Virus genome (UHGV): UHGV-0000020
DNA length: 28,569 bases
Reading direction: 5' to 3' (one strand)
From: a virus
Part shown: positions 9,280-17,113 of the stretch, in pieces
Layout: each line of letters starts with the position of its first letter
How positions within the stretch are numbered: the stretch's first letter is position 1
Made by a program: the position numbers and the translations under genes
The notes under the pieces: generated by a model
What the model was told of the DNA's origin: nothing
Seen by the model: the letters and a program-made list of their open reading frames with translations, nothing else
Databases searched by the model: none

Positions 9280-10180
9280 CTGTTCCCCCGGCGGTAATGG
9301 TGTATTCAGTACAGAAAGATGCCTGGTATTTACTGAGCACAATGTCAGCCAGTGGCGCGGCCAGTTCGACACGCTGCACACCTTCCACATGCAGCGCGGC
9401 ATAGATTGCCGACTGGCGAATATCACGCCCTAAACGCTGTTGTGAGCTGATATAGGTTTTGAGTTTTTCCTCAGCAGCCAACCGGATGGGCTCGGCTTCG
9501 GGGCCGGGGTAGAAATAGAGTGTGGCGTTAATCTCATAGGGCACGATTTCAGCGCTTTGCACGGTCACACGGTCGCCTACCGGGCGCACCTCTTCAGCGT
9601 TCAGCGCCTTCTCAACAATGGCAAGTAAATCATCCGATGCCGTACCGTCACCCTCGCGGGATAACACTGATATCGTCACACATGCTGGCGTGGGGCTTTC
9701 GACAGAAATATCGGCGACGCGCCCATCGGCGCTGCGGCCATGATATTCATATGCACCAACCGGCCCCGCCACACTCAGCCCCTCAAAAGCCTGTTGTGCG
9801 CGTAGCCGTAAATCTGTATCAGACTCCATTTCTGCGGGTGTTGGTGGAATAGTGCTGTCGTCAGCAGGCGTAATTGTCAGCCGGGCGGTGTTGTTGTTAC
9901 CTGCAATGACATCGAGGTCATTATTTCCCGAATAGGCCAGCGTGACCGCTTTCGCCGCGTCATTCACGCGCTGACGCCAGATAACTTCCCGATAAGCGTT
10001 TTCCTCCAGATATTTCACCAGAGGCTCAGACTCAAGCGCCAGCGTGCGCGCAACGGCGTCCTGCTGGTCTTCCGGGTACAGAGAGACCAGCGTCGCTTTT
10101 CGCTCGGCGAGGATGCTCTCGAAATCCAGCGTCTCCACAACGTCAGGCGCGGGGAGCTGGCTCAGGTCAATGGTTGCCAT
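9272..10180 (-). CDS. J: Baseplate assembly protein J
   Basis: 302 aa between W and I, MATIDLSQLPAPDVVETLDFESILAERKA... typical gpJ N-terminus. Confidence 0.9.
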   Translation of the reverse strand: MATIDLSQLPAPDVVETLDFESILAERKATLVSLYPEDQQDAVARTLALESEPLVKYLEENAYREVIWRQRVNDAAKAVTLAYSGNNDLDVIAGNNNTARLTITPADDSTIPPTPAEMESDTDLRLRAQQAFEGLSVAGPVGAYEYHGRSADGRVADISVESPTPACVTISVLSREGDGTASDDLLAIVEKALNAEEVRPVGDRVTVQSAEIVPYEINATLYFYPGPEAEPIRLAAEEKLKTYISSQQRLGRDIRQSAIYAALHVEGVQRVELAAPLADIVLSKYQASFCTEYTITAGGTDE

Positions 10181-10184
10181 AGAT

Positions 10185-10532
10185 TCAACTCACAGGGATG
10201 GTTAACGAAAGGCTTTCGCCGGTGTCTTTTGTCTCGCCGGTCAGCTCAACAATCATCTGGCCGTTAAACTGGCGTTCGACGGTCAGCGTAGTGATGCTGA
10301 CGCGCGGCTCCCACTTCAGCAGCGCCATATAGCAGGCGCACATAATTTGCAGTTTCAGGGCGTCGGTTTGCGGCTGGTCAATCAGGGAGAAAAGCAGCGA
10401 GCCATAATCGCGACGCATGACCCGCGACCCGACCGGCGTGCGCAAAATATCGCTGACACTTTGCCGGATGTGTTCGGCGTCGGTGATGGCGCGCCCGGTC
10501 TCCCGGTTCATACCGATGTAGCGTGTTGTCAT
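10185..10532 (-). CDS. W: Baseplate wedge protein W (gp25-like)
   Basis: 115 aa, MTTRYIGMNRETGRAITDAEHIRQSVSDILRTPVGSRVMRRDYGS motif of the GPW/gp25 family. Confidence 0.9.
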   Translation of the reverse strand: MTTRYIGMNRETGRAITDAEHIRQSVSDILRTPVGSRVMRRDYGSLLFSLIDQPQTDALKLQIMCACYMALLKWEPRVSITTLTVERQFNGQMIVELTGETKDTGESLSLTIPVS

Positions 10533-11164
10533 ATCGGCGCTCCTGTCTCGCCGCCACTGTCGCCGGGGTGTTTATGGGTATGCAGCACTTTCCCGTTTGA
10601 AGAAAGCGAGCCGCCGGTGTGGGTAATATCTCCTTTCATCGTCCCGCCTTTTTGCACTTCGAGCGTGGAGGTGATCAGCTTGTTGGTGCAGACCACTTCC
10701 GGCGTATCGAGCGTGATACGGGTTTCCGCTTTCACCAGCACGACCGGCACCGTGGCGGTAATGGAATCAGACGCTGTAACGTCGGCGGTTTTAATGCCAC
10801 TCACTGTCAGGTCGCTGGTTTCAGGTTCGTACTCGATAACCGCACCGTCAGGAAAGGTGATATGCAATGCGTCAGCGGAGGCCGACGGTGCCGGGTGGTC
10901 ATCCGAGTAAATACCCGGCAGCACAAACGCCGTATCGAGCTCACCGCCCACGGCCAGAATTAAAACCTGTTCGTCAACGGAAGGAGCCCACCATGTACGC
11001 GAGCGACCGGCGCGATGCGTCAGCCACTGAAGCCAGTCGGTAATAATGCCGCCCGTCTGGACACGACAGCGCCCCGCGTCGAGGTCAGTCTCGACCACGA
11101 CGCCGGTGCGAATCATGTTGCGCAGCAGGCGCGAAAGTTCCTGAAGAGATGCGAGAGTATTCAT
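10529..11164 (-). CDS. V: Baseplate spike / assembly protein V
   Basis: ATG at 11164 (MNTLASLQELSRLLRNMIRTGVVVETDL...), about 211 aa, C-terminal HTHKHPGDSGG motif of gpV. Confidence 0.9.
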   Translation of the reverse strand: MNTLASLQELSRLLRNMIRTGVVVETDLDAGRCRVQTGGIITDWLQWLTHRAGRSRTWWAPSVDEQVLILAVGGELDTAFVLPGIYSDDHPAPSASADALHITFPDGAVIEYEPETSDLTVSGIKTADVTASDSITATVPVVLVKAETRITLDTPEVVCTNKLITSTLEVQKGGTMKGDITHTGGSLSSNGKVLHTHKHPGDSGGETGAPI

Positions 11165-11232
11165 ACAAGAGAGGATGCCGCCCCATGTTCGGAGCGGCAA
11201 TTGATGCGGGTTTTACTGGCGATGACACAACG

Positions 11233-11682
11233 TTAACGCGAAAGTTTTTCGATGATTATCGCCTCCACGGCTTTTCGGTCGTCATCACTGAATCCGATAA
11301 GCGGTCGGGCGTCATACTGTACCGGCTTACTGTTTCTCGACGGTTTGTCTTTGAGGCCGTACTGATGCACATTTGCCATCCGTTGCACCTTCCCGGTAAA
11401 TTCCACGACCGCCGCGTCATTGCCGCCGGTGGCTTTCATAAAGCGATTTGTACGCAGCTTCGCGAACATTTCACGCTTAACCCGGCCTTTCTTCGCTTTT
11501 ACCGGCTGGCGCTTACGTGCGGCATACGGTGTGCCATCCGGTGACGTCTGCGATTTAATGCGACGTTGCTGACGGGTGCGCAGGGTCTTCGCGATATCTG
11601 CGGTCATTTTCCGACGGGCAGACGGTGACAGCGCGGCAATCAGCCCGGCGAGCTTATCGTCAAACGCCTTAAACTCGTTCAT
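11233..11682 (-). CDS. S: Tail completion protein S
   Basis: 149 aa, position between R and V. Confidence 0.8.
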   Translation of the reverse strand: MNEFKAFDDKLAGLIAALSPSARRKMTADIAKTLRTRQQRRIKSQTSPDGTPYAARKRQPVKAKKGRVKREMFAKLRTNRFMKATGGNDAAVVEFTGKVQRMANVHQYGLKDKPSRNSKPVQYDARPLIGFSDDDRKAVEAIIIEKLSR

Positions 11683-12142
11683 GCCATTCGCTCACCAGTT
11701 CACCATGAACATACAGCATCATTGGCCGCGTTACCGGCTCCGGTGGTTGCGGTTCCGGTGCGTGCTCAACGTGCAACTGGGTACCCACTTCTTTAACGAG
11801 GGTTCGCTCGGTCAGCATCAGGCTGATACTGAGGTCGATACTGTCGTTATCATTGATATCGGCAAAATAGGTGAAGCCTTTTTTGCGCCCTTCGTCGGTC
11901 GTCATAATGTCGGCCTGATGGACGCGCAACCATGCCTGAATCGGCACGAGGATCAAATCGATATCGCCGGGAAAGTCCTCCACAATCACATTCAGCGTGT
12001 ACTGATTTTCAAACGACAACGAGGTCGCCAGCGTCGAGGCGAGTTTTCCGTTATCGATGAAAATGCGCAGCATATCCGGGTTTCCCCTCAGTACCGGCAC
12101 GGCGTCATTCAGTGCGGCGCGCAGACTCTTTGGTTTGTACAT
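11669..12142 (-). CDS. R: Tail completion protein R
   Basis: ATG at 12142 (MYKPKSLRAALNDAVPVLRGNPDMLRIFIDNG...), about 157 aa; the longer track ORF uses an upstream start overlapping lysC. Confidence 0.8.
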   Translation of the reverse strand: MYKPKSLRAALNDAVPVLRGNPDMLRIFIDNGKLASTLATSLSFENQYTLNVIVEDFPGDIDLILVPIQAWLRVHQADIMTTDEGRKKGFTYFADINDNDSIDLSISLMLTERTLVKEVGTQLHVEHAPEPQPPEPVTRPMMLYVHGELVSEWHERV

Positions 12143-12395
12143 CGATTTTGTCCTGGCAGTTTTTAACGGCGCTGACCTGAAGTGCGCAACGTTCGAGGGC
12201 GCTTTCGAGCTGTCGAATGTCAGCACTCAGGTCGCCGTTGGTGTGTGGATCACTTCCCGGCATCGGGCATGGGCTCACCTTCGGGCAGGCGTTGTAAACA
12301 ATCACCGGCGTCGGTGCAGGCGGCGCGCTGGTGCAACCGACGCACAGCATCAGGAAGGTCAGCGCTATACCAGCGGCGAAGCTGTTCGTTTTCAT
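12105..12395 (-). CDS. lysC: Outer-membrane spanin LysC (Rz1-like lipoprotein)
   Basis: ATG at 12395 with GAGGT Shine-Dalgarno; MKTNSFAAGIALTFLMLCVGCTSAPPAPTP signal/lipobox-like N-terminus followed by a Pro-rich segment; begins out of frame inside lysB and extends into R. Confidence 0.75.
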   Translation of the reverse strand: MKTNSFAAGIALTFLMLCVGCTSAPPAPTPVIVYNACPKVSPCPMPGSDPHTNGDLSADIRQLESALERCALQVSAVKNCQDKIDVQTKESARRTE

Positions 12396-12663
12396 TGAGT
12401 AACCTCGTAATGGTTTGTTCGCGACGTTGCGCGCGAATACCAGCAGCGGCGAGCGAATCGCGCAAGGCGACCTGAGCAACCTCCTTCTGGTCGCTGACTT
12501 CATAGGCCAGTTTTAGCTGGCTTTTCAGCATCCCGATTAGCCGCTTTTGCTCGCTGGCGACGTCGTTCGCGCGGGTAAATGAGCCCGTAAGCTTTGTGTT
12601 TTCATGACGCAACCACGCCAGCCCGGCCACGGCCATAATCAACAGAACAATCAGCGTTTTCAT
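12250..12663 (-). CDS. lysB: Inner-membrane spanin LysB (Rz-like)
   Basis: 137 aa, N-terminal TM helix MKTLIVLLIMAVAGLAWL then a coiled-coil-like periplasmic domain; directly downstream of the endolysin. Confidence 0.8.
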   Translation of the reverse strand: MKTLIVLLIMAVAGLAWLRHENTKLTGSFTRANDVASEQKRLIGMLKSQLKLAYEVSDQKEVAQVALRDSLAAAGIRAQRREQTITRLLNENEQLRRWYSADLPDAVRRLHQRAACTDAGDCLQRLPEGEPMPDAGK

Positions 12664-13187
12664 TTAACCCCCTTCAGGCAGTAAGTGCGCTCGCGGTACC
12701 GGCGATTCTCCAGACCGGTACTTTTGACGCCGTTAACAAATACCCAGCGCGTGAGCTGGTCGCATGCCTGCCAGTACTGCTGATGTTTGAGGTGATAAAC
12801 CAGCGTTGAGCGACACGCCGCGCCGGTACCCACGTTAAACGCGAAGCTCACAAGCGCGTCATAGACCGGCTGCGGCATTTGCACCGGCACGCAGACCGCG
12901 AGCCGCTTTTCGACGGTCAGCACATCGGCGACAAGGTTCGTTGCCGCCTCGCGTTCGGTGATATCCCGTTTCGGTACCACCCCGGCAGTGTGGCCAATGC
13001 CTGACGTCCACACACCCGCGCTGCACTGGTACGGGCGCAACCGGCAACCTTCGAGGTCGGCAATCAGCGCAAGCCCGTCTGGCGAGGTGTGAAGCAAACG
13101 AAAGTCGGGCACCAGTGTCGCCAGCGCCAGCACGACGGCCACACTGCACTTTTTAACGATTGAGGCCACGGATAACCCCCTTATCAA
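12660..13187 (-). CDS. K: SAR endolysin (GH24 lysozyme, P1 Lyz-like); start codon uncertain (TTG 13187 or GTG 13169)
   Basis: N-terminal weakly hydrophobic signal-anchor-release segment SVASIVKKCSVAVVLALATLV, then LEGCRLRPYQCSAGVWTSGIGHT, matching the T4-lysozyme E-x8-D/C-x5-T catalytic signature with Cys in place of Asp. Confidence 0.8.
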   Translation of the reverse strand: MIRGLSVASIVKKCSVAVVLALATLVPDFRLLHTSPDGLALIADLEGCRLRPYQCSAGVWTSGIGHTAGVVPKRDITEREAATNLVADVLTVEKRLAVCVPVQMPQPVYDALVSFAFNVGTGAACRSTLVYHLKHQQYWQACDQLTRWVFVNGVKSTGLENRRYRERTYCLKGVK

Positions 13188-13362
13188 TCCCCATTGAAAC
13201 GAGATAGCGGTATGTCTGGCGGCGGTACCAGAAATTCACCAGCGCGGTAAAAATGGCGCAGCCACCGCCGATATAAATCGCGAGCCGTTCCGGCGTCTGC
13301 GTACCGAAATACGCCAGCGCCACTGACAGCCAGTAGGTCAGGAATGTCGTGATTTTTTCCAT
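13153..13362 (-). CDS. Small holin (two predicted TM helices; candidate pinholin)
   Basis: ATG at 13362 (MEKITTFLTYWLSVALAYFG...GGGCAIFTALVNFWY...) with an in-frame GTG four codons upstream (possible dual-start); sits between X and the SAR endolysin. Confidence 0.7.
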   Translation of the reverse strand: MEKITTFLTYWLSVALAYFGTQTPERLAIYIGGGCAIFTALVNFWYRRQTYRYLVSMGIDKGVIRGLNR

Positions 13363-13364
13363 AG

Positions 13365-13568
13365 TCAGTCCCACAGGTTTACGGTCTCCGATACCGGCGC
13401 GGCGTCCACTTCTGGCAGACTGACCGCCGTGCCGTGAGGCAGAATCACGCCCAGCTCAGCGAGCCCCGGATTAGCCAGTAACACCGCCTCGACCACACCC
13501 TCGGTGCGCCCGTAATGGCGCTGACAAAGGGTGTCGAGCGTGTCGCCCTGATGCGCGATGACGTTCAT
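13365..13568 (-). CDS. X: Tail protein X (LysM-like)
   Basis: ATG at 13568, 67 aa: MNVIAHQGDTLDTLCQRHYGRTEGVVEAVLLANPGLAELGVILPHGTAVSLPEVDAAPVSETVNLWD, the conserved gpX pattern. Confidence 0.9.
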   Translation of the reverse strand: MNVIAHQGDTLDTLCQRHYGRTEGVVEAVLLANPGLAELGVILPHGTAVSLPEVDAAPVSETVNLWD

Positions 13569-14068
13569 CAGATTTGCCCCACAATGCAGCGCGCTTTGTC
13601 CTGGATACGTGCGACTGACCAGCGCATATCCCGCCACATTTCATCGATAGTGCTGTCGATGCTGTCAGCCTTTTTATCCCCCTTCGCGCTGGCGTCGACG
13701 CCGCGATAACGCTCGTACAGCGTGGCGGTTGTCATTGCACATACGGCGTTGAAGTAATGGAAGACGCGCACGCTTTCCCCGTCGAGCTCATCCGTCGGCA
13801 CATCTTCAAGACGGGTAAAACCGGCACTGACCTGAAGGTCTCGCCATTCGTGCAGCTCGGCGTTGGTTTCTGCCATCCCGTTTTTAATCGCCCGACGCAG
13901 GCGCACCGGGGTAACGGTCTGTTCGAGTCGCATTTCTTCACGCACGCGCTTCGGGTCGATATCCGGGAAAAAGGCGGTATTTTTTATCACCGGCTCATCA
14001 TCCGGCGCAGGCGGGATGACCAGCGGGTCGCGCTTCTGCGTCGGGTTACTCATCACTATCGTGGTCAT
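13568..14068 (-). CDS. L: Head completion / stabilisation protein L
   Basis: ATG at 14068 with GAGGT Shine-Dalgarno (the track ORF start is an upstream TTG); ...LYERYRGVDASAKGDKKADSIDSTIDEMWRDMRWSVARIQDKARCIVGQI C-terminus typical of gpL. Confidence 0.85.
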   Translation of the reverse strand: MTTIVMSNPTQKRDPLVIPPAPDDEPVIKNTAFFPDIDPKRVREEMRLEQTVTPVRLRRAIKNGMAETNAELHEWRDLQVSAGFTRLEDVPTDELDGESVRVFHYFNAVCAMTTATLYERYRGVDASAKGDKKADSIDSTIDEMWRDMRWSVARIQDKARCIVGQI

Positions 14069-14165
14069 GACTACCTCAGAAATTAGGTGGGCGGTGGACG
14101 CCGGTCGCAGTTCCGATGAAACATCGACATTGACCAGCGTGCCGCCCGGCGCGGGGCGCGTTCGG

Positions 14166-14921
14166 TTAACCGGCAACTTTCTTCGGACGTCCTCGCCCTC
14201 GTTTTGCCGGTGAATTCGTGTTTTTAGCCGGTGTCTTTTTTGACGCTTTAGACGCGGTCTTTTTGACGGCAACCGGCTTCGGGTTCAGCTCACGTTTGAG
14301 CGTCTCAACGTCTTTACGCACGCCGACATGAGGGTCGAGCTGTAAAGCCCGTTGCAGGTGCGCCAGCGCATCATTGAGCTGACCTCTTTCTCGCAGGGTC
14401 AGACCCGTAACTTTATGCAGTCGGGCGCGCACTTCATCAGGCATATCGGCGGCAAGCGTCAGCTCAATGACGCTCAGTAGCTCGGATGCGTCGACCGGCT
14501 CACCTGCGGCGCGGGCGCGCAGTGCGGCAAGCGCCACCTCTTCAGCCAGCATGTACGGCGCGGAGCGGGCATGGCCCGGCATTGACAGGTTGTAGCGCAG
14601 CGCATAACGGGCAATCTCAATCGCGCCGGTGATATCACCGGCATCGAGACGCCAGAGCATCACCGTCATCAGAATGTCATCCTGTGCGCCGGTGCCGTTT
14701 TCCAGCACGCCAGCGACCCACGGCAGATACAGCGGCAGCAGCTCGCGTTTCTTTGCCGCTTTGCGCTCTTTCGAATGGATTGTTTTTAGCGTCCGACGGT
14801 CTCCGGCCAGCTTGACGAGCATTTGCTCGTAAGCGGAAGCATTACGCAACGGGGCGTTATCCCGTTGCGATGCTTTACTGGCCGAGACCCGCATCGCGTG
14901 ACGCTGTGCGGGGCTCGCCAT
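14166..14921 (-). CDS. M: Terminase small (endonuclease) subunit M
   Basis: 251 aa, MASPAQRHAMRVSASKA... and basic C-terminal tail; between N and L. Confidence 0.9.
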   Translation of the reverse strand: MASPAQRHAMRVSASKASQRDNAPLRNASAYEQMLVKLAGDRRTLKTIHSKERKAAKKRELLPLYLPWVAGVLENGTGAQDDILMTVMLWRLDAGDITGAIEIARYALRYNLSMPGHARSAPYMLAEEVALAALRARAAGEPVDASELLSVIELTLAADMPDEVRARLHKVTGLTLRERGQLNDALAHLQRALQLDPHVGVRKDVETLKRELNPKPVAVKKTASKASKKTPAKNTNSPAKRGRGRPKKVAG

Positions 14922-14924
14922 CGG

Positions 14925-16079
14925 TTACGCCTCCCCGCCTTCAGTGGTGTCAGCCGGGGCGGTAACGCCCATTGCCTGTACCGCTTTCACAATCGCGGCG
15001 GCGAATGCGTCCGCGCTGGTCGGCTCGGTCGAGGCGTCCTCTTCAGGATCCAGAATCTCGATGTTTTCAATCAGGCAACCGGCTTCGTAGTCTTCGATAA
15101 CAAAGTCGACTTTGACCTGCTCGTAGTTTTCCACGCGGTCGAGTTTGGGGTTTTCGATGATGTGGCGGCGGTGACCGTCCTCATACAGATAGATAGAAAT
15201 GTTATCCAGCGTGGTGATAAAAATACTGTTCGCCGGGAAGAACGGTGCGCGCACCGCCTGCAACTGACCGATGGTTTTCTGGCTGATAATCAGCTCACCG
15301 GCGAGCTGTTCCGTATTCGCCTGGAATTTGTTAATCATCGGGAAGTATTTGTCGGTCAGGATGCGACGGCCACAAATAACCACCATTTCCGGGTTTTCGC
15401 GGTGAATCTCTTCGACCAGCGACTCGAATGCATCCATCACCAGCGCGTCAAGGTTCGCGTAATGACCACCCTTGCCAATCTTGATGGTATTTGACGTCAC
15501 ATTACCGTCAGCGTCGGTAATGCTGGACATGACGCGCTCAGGCGCATCGTTGCGGTATTTCTGCAACCAGCCCACAGCCACATCCTGAAGCAGTGGATTT
15601 TGTTTGCGGTCGGACGTCGCCGCGCGGGTCACACCGTTAAAGCCAATGGTGATGTAGTCCAGCGCCTGACGCTTGATGATGGCGTTACGGATTCGAATCT
15701 GGAAATCCTGATAGCGCGCCCACAGGTCGAGCTTGTTGTAATGAAGGTGATAATCGAAGTTGACCGGGTTACAGAAGTAACGGTATGCATCCAGTTTCGA
15801 GAAATCAGCGGTCTGACGCTCGACGCCGTTCGCGGTGTCTGCGTTACTGGCAATCGTGCCGGTGACATCGATACCGACTTTCTCTTCGGTCAGTTCGCTC
15901 ACCGTCACCATGTTGATGAGCTTCAGGAAGGAAGACGACTGCTGGATTTTATCAAAAAGCGTTTGCGTGACGGACGGCTCAACGTTGAATTTCTTGTTAA
16001 GGTCGGCCACTTCGACGCCGTTCAGCTCGGCGATACGGCTCAGGTACTGGTTGAACTTAAAGCGGGTTTCTTTACGCAT
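14925..16079 (-). CDS. N: Major capsid protein N
   Basis: 384 aa, MRKETRFKFNQYLSRIAELNGV...DLWARYQDFQIRIRNAIIKRQALD, hallmark P2 gpN sequence. Confidence 0.95.
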   Translation of the reverse strand: MRKETRFKFNQYLSRIAELNGVEVADLNKKFNVEPSVTQTLFDKIQQSSSFLKLINMVTVSELTEEKVGIDVTGTIASNADTANGVERQTADFSKLDAYRYFCNPVNFDYHLHYNKLDLWARYQDFQIRIRNAIIKRQALDYITIGFNGVTRAATSDRKQNPLLQDVAVGWLQKYRNDAPERVMSSITDADGNVTSNTIKIGKGGHYANLDALVMDAFESLVEEIHRENPEMVVICGRRILTDKYFPMINKFQANTEQLAGELIISQKTIGQLQAVRAPFFPANSIFITTLDNISIYLYEDGHRRHIIENPKLDRVENYEQVKVDFVIEDYEAGCLIENIEILDPEEDASTEPTSADAFAAAIVKAVQAMGVTAPADTTEGGEA

Positions 16080-16111
16080 GGTTTTTCTTTTCCTTCAGGG
16101 TAATCGGGTTA

Positions 16112-16948
16112 TCAGCAGTCGGTCAGCGTGGTCGTCACAACATCGCCACCAGTGCTCAGCTTGCGGCGCGACTGCGTGATGCTTTCGGTTTTATCCAGCG
16201 TGGTTTTGATGGTGTTGAGTTGCTGCGTGGTAGTAGTGACCTGTGCGGTCAGCGACTGCTTGACGGCGGCGAGGTCGCTTTCAATCTTACTGAAGCGTGC
16301 CTCGGCACTTTCACCGCCGGTCTGTACCTGCTCGGCGATAGCGGTCACAGCTTCGTGCACGTCACTGAATCGCGCATCGTCGCTGACCTGTTTACGGCTG
16401 AAAATACCTTTCACGGTGTCGCTCAGTTTGACGAAAAGGCTTTCGGGCTGGTCTTCAAATTCCAGCTCGGCGAGGGTCGCCACAGAAAACAGGTCGTCGG
16501 GCTGTTCTTTTTTACCGGCGGCGCAGAATTGCAGGTATTCAGTCCCAAGGCTTGCCGGGTCATCCGTCACAGCCAGGCCGATGAGGTGGCATTTGCCGGT
16601 ATCGGCAAAATTCGGGCGAATTTCCATCGAGGTATAAACCTTCTGGCCCTTGTCCAGCATGGCGAGCAGGTTGTCGAGCGGTGCGATTTTGCCGTACAGC
16701 GCCAGCTTGCCGTTGAGCGCCGAATCATCGTCAATCACTTCGGCTTTCAGTTCGATGACGTCGCCGTAGCGACAGAATGGTGTATCGGGAACAACGCTGC
16801 GGATATGCTCCAGATTGATACGGCAACCGTAGACGCGCGGGTCAAAGCCGTCGGCCATTTCCTGAATTTCTTGCTTGCTGATTTTGCGACCGTCGCAGGT
16901 GTCACCCTCGACGCCGATGCGAAACCATTTAGAGATTTTTTTTGCCAT
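16112..16948 (-). CDS. O: Capsid scaffolding protein O
   Basis: 278 aa, MAKKISKWFRIGVEGDTCDGRKISKQEIQEMADGFDP... typical gpO. Confidence 0.9.
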   Translation of the reverse strand: MAKKISKWFRIGVEGDTCDGRKISKQEIQEMADGFDPRVYGCRINLEHIRSVVPDTPFCRYGDVIELKAEVIDDDSALNGKLALYGKIAPLDNLLAMLDKGQKVYTSMEIRPNFADTGKCHLIGLAVTDDPASLGTEYLQFCAAGKKEQPDDLFSVATLAELEFEDQPESLFVKLSDTVKGIFSRKQVSDDARFSDVHEAVTAIAEQVQTGGESAEARFSKIESDLAAVKQSLTAQVTTTTQQLNTIKTTLDKTESITQSRRKLSTGGDVVTTTLTDC

Positions 16949-17113
16949 TAGTCAGGTGTCCTGAGTTGGGTTATCGGGTCGGATGTAGTTTCCCGACTCC
17001 GCGCCCGACCAGCCACCGGTTACAGAAGTGCAACCCCTGACACAACAGGGGGTTAGCGATTCATTCTCCCGGAATCTTTAGCCTTGCCGTGTACTCATAA
17101 CGGCGAGGTTGTA
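16949..17113. promoter_or_regulatory. Divergent late promoter region between O and P (expected Ogr-dependent); elements not resolved
   Basis: 165-bp intergenic spacer between divergently transcribed O and P, the position of the late promoters in P2. Confidence 0.5.

Noticed and set aside
8668-9426. Long form (252 aa) of baseplate gene I starting at 9426
   Set aside because: The upstream extension overlaps about 150 nt of J in another frame; the ATG at 9279 (MSDNRLLP...) gives the size expected for gpI and a typical 8-nt overlap with the J stop.
14823-15494. 223-aa plus-strand ORF
   Set aside because: Antisense to major capsid gene N; shadow ORF.
16220-16951. 243-aa plus-strand ORF (and 16128-16637)
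   Set aside because: Antisense to scaffold gene O; shadow ORFs.
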